Below, piece after piece: positions 38,134 to 48,995 of a stretch of 53,333 nucleotides of DNA. The number at the start of each line of letters is the position of its first letter. The stretch's first letter is position 1. The notes under the pieces were generated by a model. The model saw only the letters and a program-made list of their open reading frames with translations. It made no database searches and had not been told where the DNA came from. Position numbers and translations under genes: made by a program. The DNA is from Thermodesulfobacteriota bacterium (lineage in GTDB: Bacteria; Desulfobacterota; Desulfobulbia; Desulfobulbales; SURF-16), in the NCBI GenBank assembly GCA_040755455.1, contig JBFMAY010000027.1:1-53333 (forward strand). The letters run 5' to 3'.

Positions 38134-39336
38134 ATGCCAGCAACGATGAAACAAAGACTCACCACGATCAAAGCCAACCTCACCAGCCTGGACAGCCAGC
38201 CGCTGAGCAAGGCCGCGCTGATCATCATCCTTTTTCTCGATATCTTCATCCTCATTTCGATTTTTGACGGCCTGGAGAAGCACACCCGGCAGCTCGCCTC
38301 TCCTGATGACTTTATCCCTGATTCCTGCCGGGAGATCGTCATCAACCGGGACTGGAACTCCGCCAGTCGCCTGGAGAATCTGTCCGCCATCCTCCTCTCA
38401 TACAGCAATAGCTATTACCGCATCGAAGAGAACAGACAGGAGCGTCACCCGGTCTGCGCGCCTTATCTGGACCAGCTCTACCGGATGAAAAACAACAGGG
38501 AATTGCTTGCCCTTGTCGAGGAGCGGGGCAGATTTGATCGGGAGGCACAGGTTCTGCAACGGGATATCGGTAATCTGAAAGGGGTCTACGATACGGCGCT
38601 GCTGGAGACTATTGCGGATCAGCGGGCGGGGCAGGCCAATATCGAGGCGATCAAGCAGGACGTGCAGGGGAAATCAGAGAACCTGAATGCCCTGCGCGGC
38701 CAGATTAGCGCCTTGGAACAGCAGATCAACGGGGACAGCCAGGTCAAGCAGTTCTGGGAAAAACTGGAGACCCTGCAGTCGACTGACCGTGAAAGGCTGA
38801 AGGCTGATCTGCGCACCATGAACTTCTGGCACCCGGTCAAGCGATTGGCCATGCAGATGATCTTCCTGCTGCCGCTCCTTGCCATCTTCGCCCTCTGGAA
38901 CAACGCCAGCATCGCCAAGAATCGCGGCACGCAGAAGCTGGTTTCCTCGCACCTGCTGGTGGTGTCCTTTATTCCGATTTTCTTCAAGATCATCGAAACC
39001 GTCTACGTTATCATCCCGAAAAAGCTGCTGAAAAGGCTCATCGAACTGCTGGAGTCACTGAAGCTGGTGGGCATATGGCACTATCTGGTCATCGCGGTTG
39101 CGGTGGCACTGGCACTTTGCCTCATCTACATTTTCCAGAAGAAGCTCTTTTCGCGGGACAAGCTGATGGAGCGGCGGATCGCCAGGGGCCTCTGTCAACA
39201 GTGCGGCAAACACCTTCCTCCCGGTTCAACGGCCTGCCCGTTCTGCGGATTTCTCCAATGCACCCCCTGCGGCTCATGCAATGAGTCCACCCCGGTTTAC
39301 GGCAAGTACTGCAGGGGTTGCGGCAAAAAACAATGA
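38134..39336 (+). CDS. Membrane protein with coiled coil and C-terminal double zinc ribbon
   Basis: N-terminal TM, coiled coil, 3 TMs, CQQC/CPFC/CGSC/CRGC; start estimated at ATG 38134. Confidence 0.8.
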   Translation: MPATMKQRLTTIKANLTSLDSQPLSKAALIIILFLDIFILISIFDGLEKHTRQLASPDDFIPDSCREIVINRDWNSASRLENLSAILLSYSNSYYRIEENRQERHPVCAPYLDQLYRMKNNRELLALVEERGRFDREAQVLQRDIGNLKGVYDTALLETIADQRAGQANIEAIKQDVQGKSENLNALRGQISALEQQINGDSQVKQFWEKLETLQSTDRERLKADLRTMNFWHPVKRLAMQMIFLLPLLAIFALWNNASIAKNRGTQKLVSSHLLVVSFIPIFFKIIETVYVIIPKKLLKRLIELLESLKLVGIWHYLVIAVAVALALCLIYIFQKKLFSRDKLMERRIARGLCQQCGKHLPPGSTACPFCGFLQCTPCGSCNESTPVYGKYCRGCGKKQ

Positions 39337-39430
39337 GCGAGCCGCGCAGCAGCTTATTTGGATCTGGAATGCTGGAATGGGCGCCGGCCCCGCAGTGACA
39401 CAAAAAAATACGGCAAAATCAGCCGGTCAG

Positions 39431-39456
39431 CTTGACAGGCAAACAAGCTGTACTTA
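39431..39456 (+). promoter_or_regulatory. Promoter upstream of clpB (heat-shock candidate)
   Basis: CTTGACA-13 nt-TACTTA. Confidence 0.6.
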
Positions 39457-39675
39457 ATTATATTTCCTAAGCCTCACATGTTTTTTTCCTCCTCTTTTTT
39501 CTGCTCATGTACATGACGGTCCCGCAGTAAAACGGCCGAAGGCAGTCCGGGACCGCGCACGGACTGTCTGCCGATGTTTGCTGAACCGCAGCCCCCCAGC
39601 GCACCTCCTTTGCATGTTTTTTGGTAAAATTAATTATATGATGAACCGTTCATGCGGTTTTTTGGAGATACGGAT

Positions 39676-42267
<2,592 letters not shown>

Positions 42268-42322
42268 GCGAGGCGGTTTTTTGCCTTTTACCCCAGGGTT
42301 GTTGAACAAGCAGGAGAAACGG

Positions 42323-42859
42323 ATGGCGGAGATAGTAAGCGAAGAGGAGCGGCAAGCGGAAGAGCTGGTGGAGCTTGCCATGGAGCGGTCGGCAAATTTT
42401 TATGACGCCCACCGGCTGTGCTGCTCCGAAGCGGTAATCGTGACAATAAACCAGGGGTTTGGCGGCGGTCTCTCTTCGGAGGCCGCCCTGCAGCTGGGCG
42501 CCGGTTTCTGCCACGGCATGGGCGGGGCGGGGTGCGCCTGCGGGGCGCTCAGCGGGGCGGTGGCGGTCATGGGCCTGTTCATCGGCCCCCATGGCAGGGA
42601 TGGCTGCGCAAAGAAAAAATTCCGGGCAGTGGTCAAGGAAATGCACGACCGGTTCCGGGCGCGGTTCGGCGCCACCTGTTGCCGGGTATTGTCGAAAAAG
42701 GTGAAGCACGATGAAAAGGCCCACCGGGCCAATTGCCTGGAGCTGACCAGAGGCGGGACGGAAATTGCGGTTCGGCTTCTGCTTGCCGCCCGTCCCGATC
42801 TTGTCGGTAACGCTGACCGGAATTTTCTGGCCGCAGGCGATCGGCTTTGCCTGCCCTGA
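42323..42859 (+). CDS. C-GCAxxG-C-C family putative redox protein
   Basis: CCSEA, GCACGALSG, ATCC, ANC; AGGAG RBS. Confidence 0.88.
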   Translation: MAEIVSEEERQAEELVELAMERSANFYDAHRLCCSEAVIVTINQGFGGGLSSEAALQLGAGFCHGMGGAGCACGALSGAVAVMGLFIGPHGRDGCAKKKFRAVVKEMHDRFRARFGATCCRVLSKKVKHDEKAHRANCLELTRGGTEIAVRLLLAARPDLVGNADRNFLAAGDRLCLP

Positions 42860-42888
42860 AAAGGTGGTTCAGGAAGAGACTTTTTTTC

Positions 42889-43917
42889 TCACAGGTTATC
42901 CGTGTCCGTGAATTTGAGCGGTTTGTCAGCAGACAACCCGGTAACGGGCAAGGTGACGGTGAAAACAGCCCCTTTCCCTTCCTCGGAGCTTACCTCAATC
43001 CTACCATTGTGACTTTTGATGATTCCGTAACTCACCGATAAACCAAGCCCCACCCCTTTTACCTGCGGTTTGGTGCTGAAAAATGGTTCGAAGATGTGGG
43101 GCATGTTTTCGGCGCTGATGCCCTTGCCTGTGTCCTGAATGCGGATGGCTACCTGTTTATCGAGCACTGCCGTGCTGATGTGAATTTTTCCCCCTCCCTC
43201 ACAGGCATCAGCCGCGTTGGTGAGCAGATTCAGGATGACCTGCTTGAGCAGATCATCCACCCCCTGAATATGGGGCATGTTTCCCGCATATTTTTTCTCA
43301 ACCGTAATTCCTTTCACCCTGAAATCTTCCCTGGTCATGAGCAGCATGGAATCGATGAGTTCATGCAGATCAATGAAGGAAACCCTGCCGGTGGTGGGAC
43401 GATTAAAACTCTGCAGCTGCACGATCAGGTCTCTGATCCGATGGCATTCCTTTAAGGCCAGGTCAAGCAGCTGGGCATCCTCTTTGTGTTGTTCCCGGTC
43501 GGCAACTCCGGAAATGACATTCATGATGCCCTGCAGCGGATTGTTGAATTCATGGGCAATGGAGGCGGACAGTTTGCCGACGGCGCTCAGTTTTTCAGAA
43601 TGAAGCAGCTGCTGGTGCGTCCTTTCCAGGGCCGCGGTTCGTTCCTTGACCCGCTGATCGAGTTCTTCGTTGATGCGCTGGAGCTTTATCTCGGCCCTGC
43701 GGCGTGCCTCGATCTGGTTCTGCAGCCTGTTCGTGTAGATGAAAACCGCGGCAAAGAGAATGGCGGTAACCGAACCGGTGGTGAAGCCCACGAGAAGATG
43801 CTCTTCGTCGAAATAGGGGATGTCCGGGTGCAGAACAGCATCGACCAGCGCGTTCAGGTTGGCCATGAAAAGCACCACGAGAAGATAGATACCGGAGAAA
43901 GTATATTTTTTTCCCAC
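42889..43917 (-). CDS. NtrB-like sensor histidine kinase (orphan)
   Basis: SEKLSAVG..SASIAHEFNNPL, NLLTNAADA, FEPFFSTK, GVGLGL; start uncertain. Confidence 0.88.
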   Translation of the reverse strand: MGKKYTFSGIYLLVVLFMANLNALVDAVLHPDIPYFDEEHLLVGFTTGSVTAILFAAVFIYTNRLQNQIEARRRAEIKLQRINEELDQRVKERTAALERTHQQLLHSEKLSAVGKLSASIAHEFNNPLQGIMNVISGVADREQHKEDAQLLDLALKECHRIRDLIVQLQSFNRPTTGRVSFIDLHELIDSMLLMTREDFRVKGITVEKKYAGNMPHIQGVDDLLKQVILNLLTNAADACEGGGKIHISTAVLDKQVAIRIQDTGKGISAENMPHIFEPFFSTKPQVKGVGLGLSVSYGIIKSHNGRIEVSSEEGKGAVFTVTLPVTGLSADKPLKFTDTDNL

Positions 43918-44309
43918 TGCCTGGGCCCTGTCAAACTTATCTGGAGGTTTACCGCTGATGAAGATGGATTACGCGCTTTTTCTGGGCGCGGCCACACTGG
44001 TGCGTGTTTGCCGTACCTGCGCTTCCCGCCTTCGGCCTCAAAGAGCACTAACACAACTCATATATATAATTCACATTTTTAGCATTGATCTGTCAAATCA
44101 ATTTTGAAAAAAGCGTGGGAAAGCTTCATGTTCCACTCTCCATTTGTCAGTGCCGCAGTTGGGGGGAATGGGGGTGCGACAATTTGCCTCATTGAATTGG
44201 TAGGATTCCTGAGGTATAAATGGAGTCATTAGCTGATAGTAGTAACTGTTATTAATAAATGCAGTGGCTTCCATTTATCTTCAAAACAAATTTACAAGGA
44301 GACATTCCA

Positions 44310-44972
44310 ATGAAAAAACTCGTAACAACAATTGCTTTTGGCGCCATGGCACTTGCCGCTCCCCTTTACAGCGTTGCCGGAACGCTTGACATCGGTGAGG
44401 AAACCCATCTCATATTCATGCGGGAGGAGGAAAAGCTGGCCCGAGATGTCTACATGACTCTGGGCGAGCTCTATCCTGACGACGCAACTTTCACCAATAT
44501 CGGTGATGATTCCGAGCAGACCCATACCGATACCGTGCGGGACATGCTTGCCATATACGGCATCGCAGATCCGAACCCGGATGCCAATATCCTGCCCGCC
44601 AGCATCGGCGTTTTCACCGGCGAGGAATATGGCTGGTATTTTACGGAAAAATTTGAATTGCTGGTGAACTGGGGGTCACAAAGCCAGCTTGATGCCTGGT
44701 ATGTCGGGGCCTTCATCGAAGAGCTTGACATGATCGATATCATCGGCTGCCCGAAAATCATTGTGGAAACGGATAACGGCATCGATGCCGGTGAATGCGG
44801 CATGGATTATACGGACGAGGCCCAGCTGAAGACCATGTATGGTCATCTGGTGGACGGTTCGGAAAATCACCTCAGGGCTTTTGTGAAGAACATCGAGAAT
44901 GTCATCGGCGAAGGAAATTACGTGGCACAGGTTCTCACCCAGGAGCAGGTTGACGCCATTTTAGGCCGCTAA
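44310..44972 (+). CDS. Exported DUF2202 ferritin-like protein
   Basis: Signal peptide, MREEEKLARDVY, SEQTH, IEELD, GSENHLRAF. Confidence 0.87.
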   Translation: MKKLVTTIAFGAMALAAPLYSVAGTLDIGEETHLIFMREEEKLARDVYMTLGELYPDDATFTNIGDDSEQTHTDTVRDMLAIYGIADPNPDANILPASIGVFTGEEYGWYFTEKFELLVNWGSQSQLDAWYVGAFIEELDMIDIIGCPKIIVETDNGIDAGECGMDYTDEAQLKTMYGHLVDGSENHLRAFVKNIENVIGEGNYVAQVLTQEQVDAILGR

Positions 44973-45000
44973 GAACGGCGTTTTTATGGCAAATCAAAGG

Positions 45001-45036
45001 AACCGGGCAGTGCGCTATCGCACTCCCGGTTTTTTT
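45001..45036 (+). terminator. Intrinsic terminator after the DUF2202 gene
   Basis: AACCGGG(C)AGTGCG-CTAT-CGCACTCCCGGTT plus T tract. Confidence 0.75.
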
Positions 45037-45074
45037 GCCGTCTTTCCCGGCCGGCGGATACGGATGAACTTCCT

Positions 45075-46307
45075 TTATTTTTTCTTGAACAGGGCGAGAA
45101 AACCCATGTTCTTCGTTTTGCCGGGGGCAAAACGCACCTGTTTGATGGTGTCATTGAGCACATTTTTCATATCGCTGATGATTTTATCCTTTTCCACGGA
45201 ATTTTTTGGATATTTCTGCACATACTCGAGAACTTTATCAATCTCCTGAATAATATCATAGACTTCATGATGGGCAACCAGAGGGATGGTCCTGGCGAGA
45301 AGGAGATGGCAGAGACCGTTAAAGCTGTCGATGAGCAGCAGGCACTGCTGGACTCTGTCGCCCCCTGCCTTCCGGCAGGATGCGGTCACCGCCTTGCGGT
45401 TGACCCCGGCCGCGCTGCTCAGGTGAAAATCCTGCAGCACCTTTGCCTGGGGCTGGGGAAGGTGCTCTATTGCCTTACGGAGCAGGAAGTTGGTCCGCTC
45501 CCCGGATCGCGCGGCAAGGGTTATGGTAATTATTTTCAGGATATCCGTGTAGATGGAAAGAATAAAATTGAAGTCAATCCCCTCAACCGCTCTCTTTTCC
45601 CCCTGGGATTTTTCTATCAGGCCGGAGGAAATTAAGGAAAAAAGAGTTTTGTAAACGGTAAATTCGTCGTAATTGCTTTGACTGATGATGTCGCGCACAG
45701 TTCGTGCCTCATCGATCAGGCTGAGAATGTGCCGTTCACTGTTGCTGAAGCTGAATTCTTCCAGGCTCTTGCCCTTTTTGTCAGCCATTTTATAGACAAG
45801 CTGGTCGCTGGTGATCATCCCGGTCAGCAGGGACATTTCATCTATGCGGCGGGAGGCCTCAAGTATCAGCTTCATCGGGTTGAGTTGGGTGATAACGATG
45901 CCCTCAAATTTCAGCGAGCTGTCCTGGTATTCAAATTTTCCTTTTTTCCAGAAAAGAATGCTGTAGAGAATCTCCTCAACCTGTTTTCGGTTGTATTCCT
46001 GCAGCACATCCAGGGTAATGAAGCCCTTGTCCAGCAAAATTTTGCCGATGGCGTCGCCGCAGTTACCCAGGGCATGCACCGCATCCTTCAGCTGCAGAGC
46101 GGAGATGATGCCATCCCTTCTCAGCAGGGCCCCCAATCGCACCCTTTTCTGCGAGCTCTGGGCATAAACAATTGTTCCTTCCTTGAAGATGACTTTACAC
46201 TCTTTCCTGCCGCAGATGACATGGAGAATGCCGGTGTTCTGGTCATCACACAACAGCTGCAGGATACTGGTCAGAAATGAGCCGTCAAACTCCCCTTGTA
46301 AATTCAT
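45075..46307 (-). CDS. DUF4388 domain-containing protein
   Basis: LQGEF..ILQLL....TGIL, F..G.IVYA, RLGALL, WKKGKFEY, LILEASRRIDE. Confidence 0.85.
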   Translation of the reverse strand: MNLQGEFDGSFLTSILQLLCDDQNTGILHVICGRKECKVIFKEGTIVYAQSSQKRVRLGALLRRDGIISALQLKDAVHALGNCGDAIGKILLDKGFITLDVLQEYNRKQVEEILYSILFWKKGKFEYQDSSLKFEGIVITQLNPMKLILEASRRIDEMSLLTGMITSDQLVYKMADKKGKSLEEFSFSNSERHILSLIDEARTVRDIISQSNYDEFTVYKTLFSLISSGLIEKSQGEKRAVEGIDFNFILSIYTDILKIITITLAARSGERTNFLLRKAIEHLPQPQAKVLQDFHLSSAAGVNRKAVTASCRKAGGDRVQQCLLLIDSFNGLCHLLLARTIPLVAHHEVYDIIQEIDKVLEYVQKYPKNSVEKDKIISDMKNVLNDTIKQVRFAPGKTKNMGFLALFKKK

Positions 46308-46548
46308 GCTGTCTCCGTTGCCGCAGGGATATCATCTTTATCATCGCATAGATAATAATGGAAGTCGACAAAACTCACAACGGCAATCAATGTCTTGCCA
46401 TCGATCCTTGCACCACGCCGGAAGTTGTATTCGGAACCGCAGGGGAGATGAAGCCGGGGGGCCGCCAAAGCAGGGGATGGACTTTCATTTACGCTTGGGC
46501 TATGCTCAACAAATTGAGAAAGCTAAAACCTCCCTGACAGGAACGTAT

Positions 46549-47583
46549 ATGGAAATATTTCTACCTATCGCCTTTTACAGCCGGACCGGCCATGGGCTGC
46601 TCATCGTGCTGCTGATCTTTGCCGGGCTGACCGGGCTTTCCGGAGCCAGCAACTTATGCCGCTCCGCGCCGCTCCTTTCGCGGACAACCCTCTTTTTACT
46701 GACCACGGTTGTCCTGCTTTTTGTGGCCGGTTTTTCGGGGATCTGCTGGTTTCATTATCAGATATTTCAACAGATATCGCTTACGCTGCCCCCATCCTTT
46801 GCCGATATGCTCAATCAGCAGCTTGTTGACATGAACCGGGGGGCGGAATACGGGCTGCCCCTGTACCGGTCGGATGCCCCGCCCCGTTATCTGCTGCCCC
46901 TCTGGCTCGAAAACGAGAAATACTATTTCTGGTTCATGTGCTATGCGGTCATGGCGCTGGTCGGCCATCTGCGGCTAAAAAATCACCGGTTCCGCGCCGC
47001 GCTGCATCTTCTGCTGGCCGTGCAGGTTGTCATCCTGTTTTTGCACACGGATCCCTTTCTTGCGCCGCTGCCCAAATTCCTTGCCGAGGTTGCCCCCTGG
47101 TTTTCCGCCGACATGCCGGACGGCCAGCGCTTCGGGCTCTTCATGCGCCTGTATCCCAAAATGGTTTTTTATTACAACGCCCAGTACATGTGGTTTCATC
47201 CGCCGCTGCTCTTTCTCTCCTATGCCTGCATCACCATGACCTTCGTCGCTTCGCTGTTCATGCTGATCAAGCGGGATGTTGACATAGAAATGCTGGGGTA
47301 TGATTTTGCCAAACTCGGCTATTTTTTTCTCACCCTGGGCATGCTGCTGGGCTACCCCTGGGCCCTCAAGGCCTGGGGGCCGAACTGGTGGTGGGACCCG
47401 AAAATCTGCAGTTCAATCATGATGTGGGCCATCTACAGCACTTATCTGCATACGCGGCTGTACGCCAATAAGCCCGCCATGTGGTATTTCACCTCCATTC
47501 TCGGCGTTGTCTGTTTTCTGGCCATGGTCTTTACTTTCCTTAGCTCGTTTTTTTTCCCGGGCGAGCATACCTTTGTCGGATGA
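46549..47583 (+). CDS. Cytochrome c biogenesis heme-handling protein (CcsA/CcmF-N-like)
   Basis: FHPPLLFLSY, WWD motif WGPNWWWDPK, YLHTR, C-terminal GEHTF. Confidence 0.82.
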   Translation: MEIFLPIAFYSRTGHGLLIVLLIFAGLTGLSGASNLCRSAPLLSRTTLFLLTTVVLLFVAGFSGICWFHYQIFQQISLTLPPSFADMLNQQLVDMNRGAEYGLPLYRSDAPPRYLLPLWLENEKYYFWFMCYAVMALVGHLRLKNHRFRAALHLLLAVQVVILFLHTDPFLAPLPKFLAEVAPWFSADMPDGQRFGLFMRLYPKMVFYYNAQYMWFHPPLLFLSYACITMTFVASLFMLIKRDVDIEMLGYDFAKLGYFFLTLGMLLGYPWALKAWGPNWWWDPKICSSIMMWAIYSTYLHTRLYANKPAMWYFTSILGVVCFLAMVFTFLSSFFFPGEHTFVG

Positions 47584-47593
47584 TGAGCAGCTT

Positions 47594-48199
47594 ATGAAGA
47601 AAAAAGGCTCCCTGGATTTTTATCTTGTGCTGGCAACGGTTGCCGTGCTTTTTGTGATTTCGTCAATCTGCATTTACGGCATGTTTTATTTCAAGCTTGC
47701 CCAGATCCAGCAGCTTGCCCCGGTTGCAAAGCTCGACTATATGAACCGGATGAACAGTGTGATTGCTCCTTTTATCATCGCCCTGATTCTGCTGCTGGGG
47801 ATCTGCGTTCCCAAGCGGCTTCTGCCCGCCCTTTGGCTCAATCGTTTTGCCGTTGCGCTGGCGGTAATTGCCGGCGGGGTGTCTCTGTGGCTGGGGGTCA
47901 AGACAGGGCTGGTGGTGGTGCTTGCCGCCTCGCTCATGCTGCAGCTTATCGTGCTCGCCCTGGCCGTGGGCGGCAGTCAGCTGCTTTATTTTGAAAAAAG
48001 CGGCTACTGGCTTCGGCTTGGTTCGTCGCTCGTGCATCTTGGTATTATTCTTTTTGTCCTTGATCTCTTTTTTCATCAATATCAGCTTCTCCATCTCATT
48101 CTGTTCTGGGTCACCACCGGGGCCATGGTGCTGGGCATGATTTTTTGTTTTTATGCCCAGGGCGTGGTGCAGTTCATCCGCGCCAGGCGAAGGAACTGA
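47594..48199 (+). CDS. Polytopic membrane protein, probable partner of the CcsA-like protein
   Basis: About 6 TMs, GSSLVHLGIILF; 10 bp downstream of the CcsA-like gene. Confidence 0.7.
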   Translation: MKKKGSLDFYLVLATVAVLFVISSICIYGMFYFKLAQIQQLAPVAKLDYMNRMNSVIAPFIIALILLLGICVPKRLLPALWLNRFAVALAVIAGGVSLWLGVKTGLVVVLAASLMLQLIVLALAVGGSQLLYFEKSGYWLRLGSSLVHLGIILFVLDLFFHQYQLLHLILFWVTTGAMVLGMIFCFYAQGVVQFIRARRRN

Positions 48200-48372
48200 G
48201 GTCTCAACCCGGCGGAGCCGTTCATTTCCGCCGGTCGTCTAATGGAATGAGATGGGCCTGTGCGGTTTTCCAGGCTGCTTTGCCGGGTTCGATGCAGAGG
48301 GATACTATTGAAGAAAAATAATGAAAAACCATTGACAGGCGGGCAGGTATTCATTAATTTTTAAACATGGTA

Positions 48373-48394
48373 AAAATTAGGGTTAACTAATTTT
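48373..48394. promoter_or_regulatory. Inverted-repeat operator upstream of the feo operon (DtxR/MntR-type candidate)
   Basis: AAAATTAG-GGTTAA-CTAATTTT, downstream of TTGACA-17 nt-TAATTT (48332-48360). Confidence 0.6.
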
Positions 48395-48433
48395 GTTTTG
48401 GTTTCTTAATACTCCGTGGCGGGGGGTGAATAT

Positions 48434-48682
48434 ATGCAATTTTTTGATACCGCGGTTGTCATGTTTATTGTGGGGGTTGCCGCCGTTTTTCTGATAAAAA
48501 GACTTTTTGCTGGTCCCCGATGTGGGGGCTGCGCAGGTGACTGCCGGGATGGCGGGGCAAAGCACGTCAGCATGGGTGCCGCTGATTTGCCTGCAGGGCG
48601 GGAAAACTCTTCCTGCTGCGGGCAGAGCGGCGGGCAGGCGCCTCGATATAATTGTTCGGGATGTAAATGTTCAGGAGAGTGA
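48434..48682 (+). CDS. FeoB-associated Cys-rich membrane protein
   Basis: N-terminal TM, CGGCAGDC, CC, CSGCKC; directly upstream of feoA. Confidence 0.75.
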   Translation: MQFFDTAVVMFIVGVAAVFLIKRLFAGPRCGGCAGDCRDGGAKHVSMGAADLPAGRENSSCCGQSGGQAPRYNCSGCKCSGE

Positions 48683-48686
48683 GAGT

Positions 48687-48923
48687 ATGTCTCGGATGAT
48701 GTTGCGGCAGATGCGAAGAAATCAGAAAGGTGTTATTACGGCCGTGAAGCAGGGTGGCGAGCTCGGCAGGCGTATCCGTGACATGGGTCTGGTGCCGGGC
48801 ACGGAAATTACCGTGCAGGGCCGGGCCCCCTTATATGATCCGGTGGCCCTGCGGGTGATGGGCAGTGTGCTTTCGCTGCGCAATAACGAGGCTGATTTTA
48901 TCGAAGTGGAAGTGCAGCCGTAA
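48687..48923 (+). CDS. feoA: Ferrous iron transport protein A
   Basis: RIRDMGLVPG, RAPLYDP, LSLRNNEA. Confidence 0.93.
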   Translation: MSRMMLRQMRRNQKGVITAVKQGGELGRRIRDMGLVPGTEITVQGRAPLYDPVALRVMGSVLSLRNNEADFIEVEVQP

Positions 48924-48995
48924 GCGGCAATGCAAAGAGGGACGGATGGCCTTGTCTGCTCTGCGGCCATGCCTGCCATGATAAAGATAGCGTAA

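Noticed and set aside
42323..42900. Selenocysteine readthrough at the TGA of the C-GCAxxG-C-C gene
   Set aside because: All motif Cys are already encoded, the TGA lies after the domain, and readthrough would run into the convergent kinase
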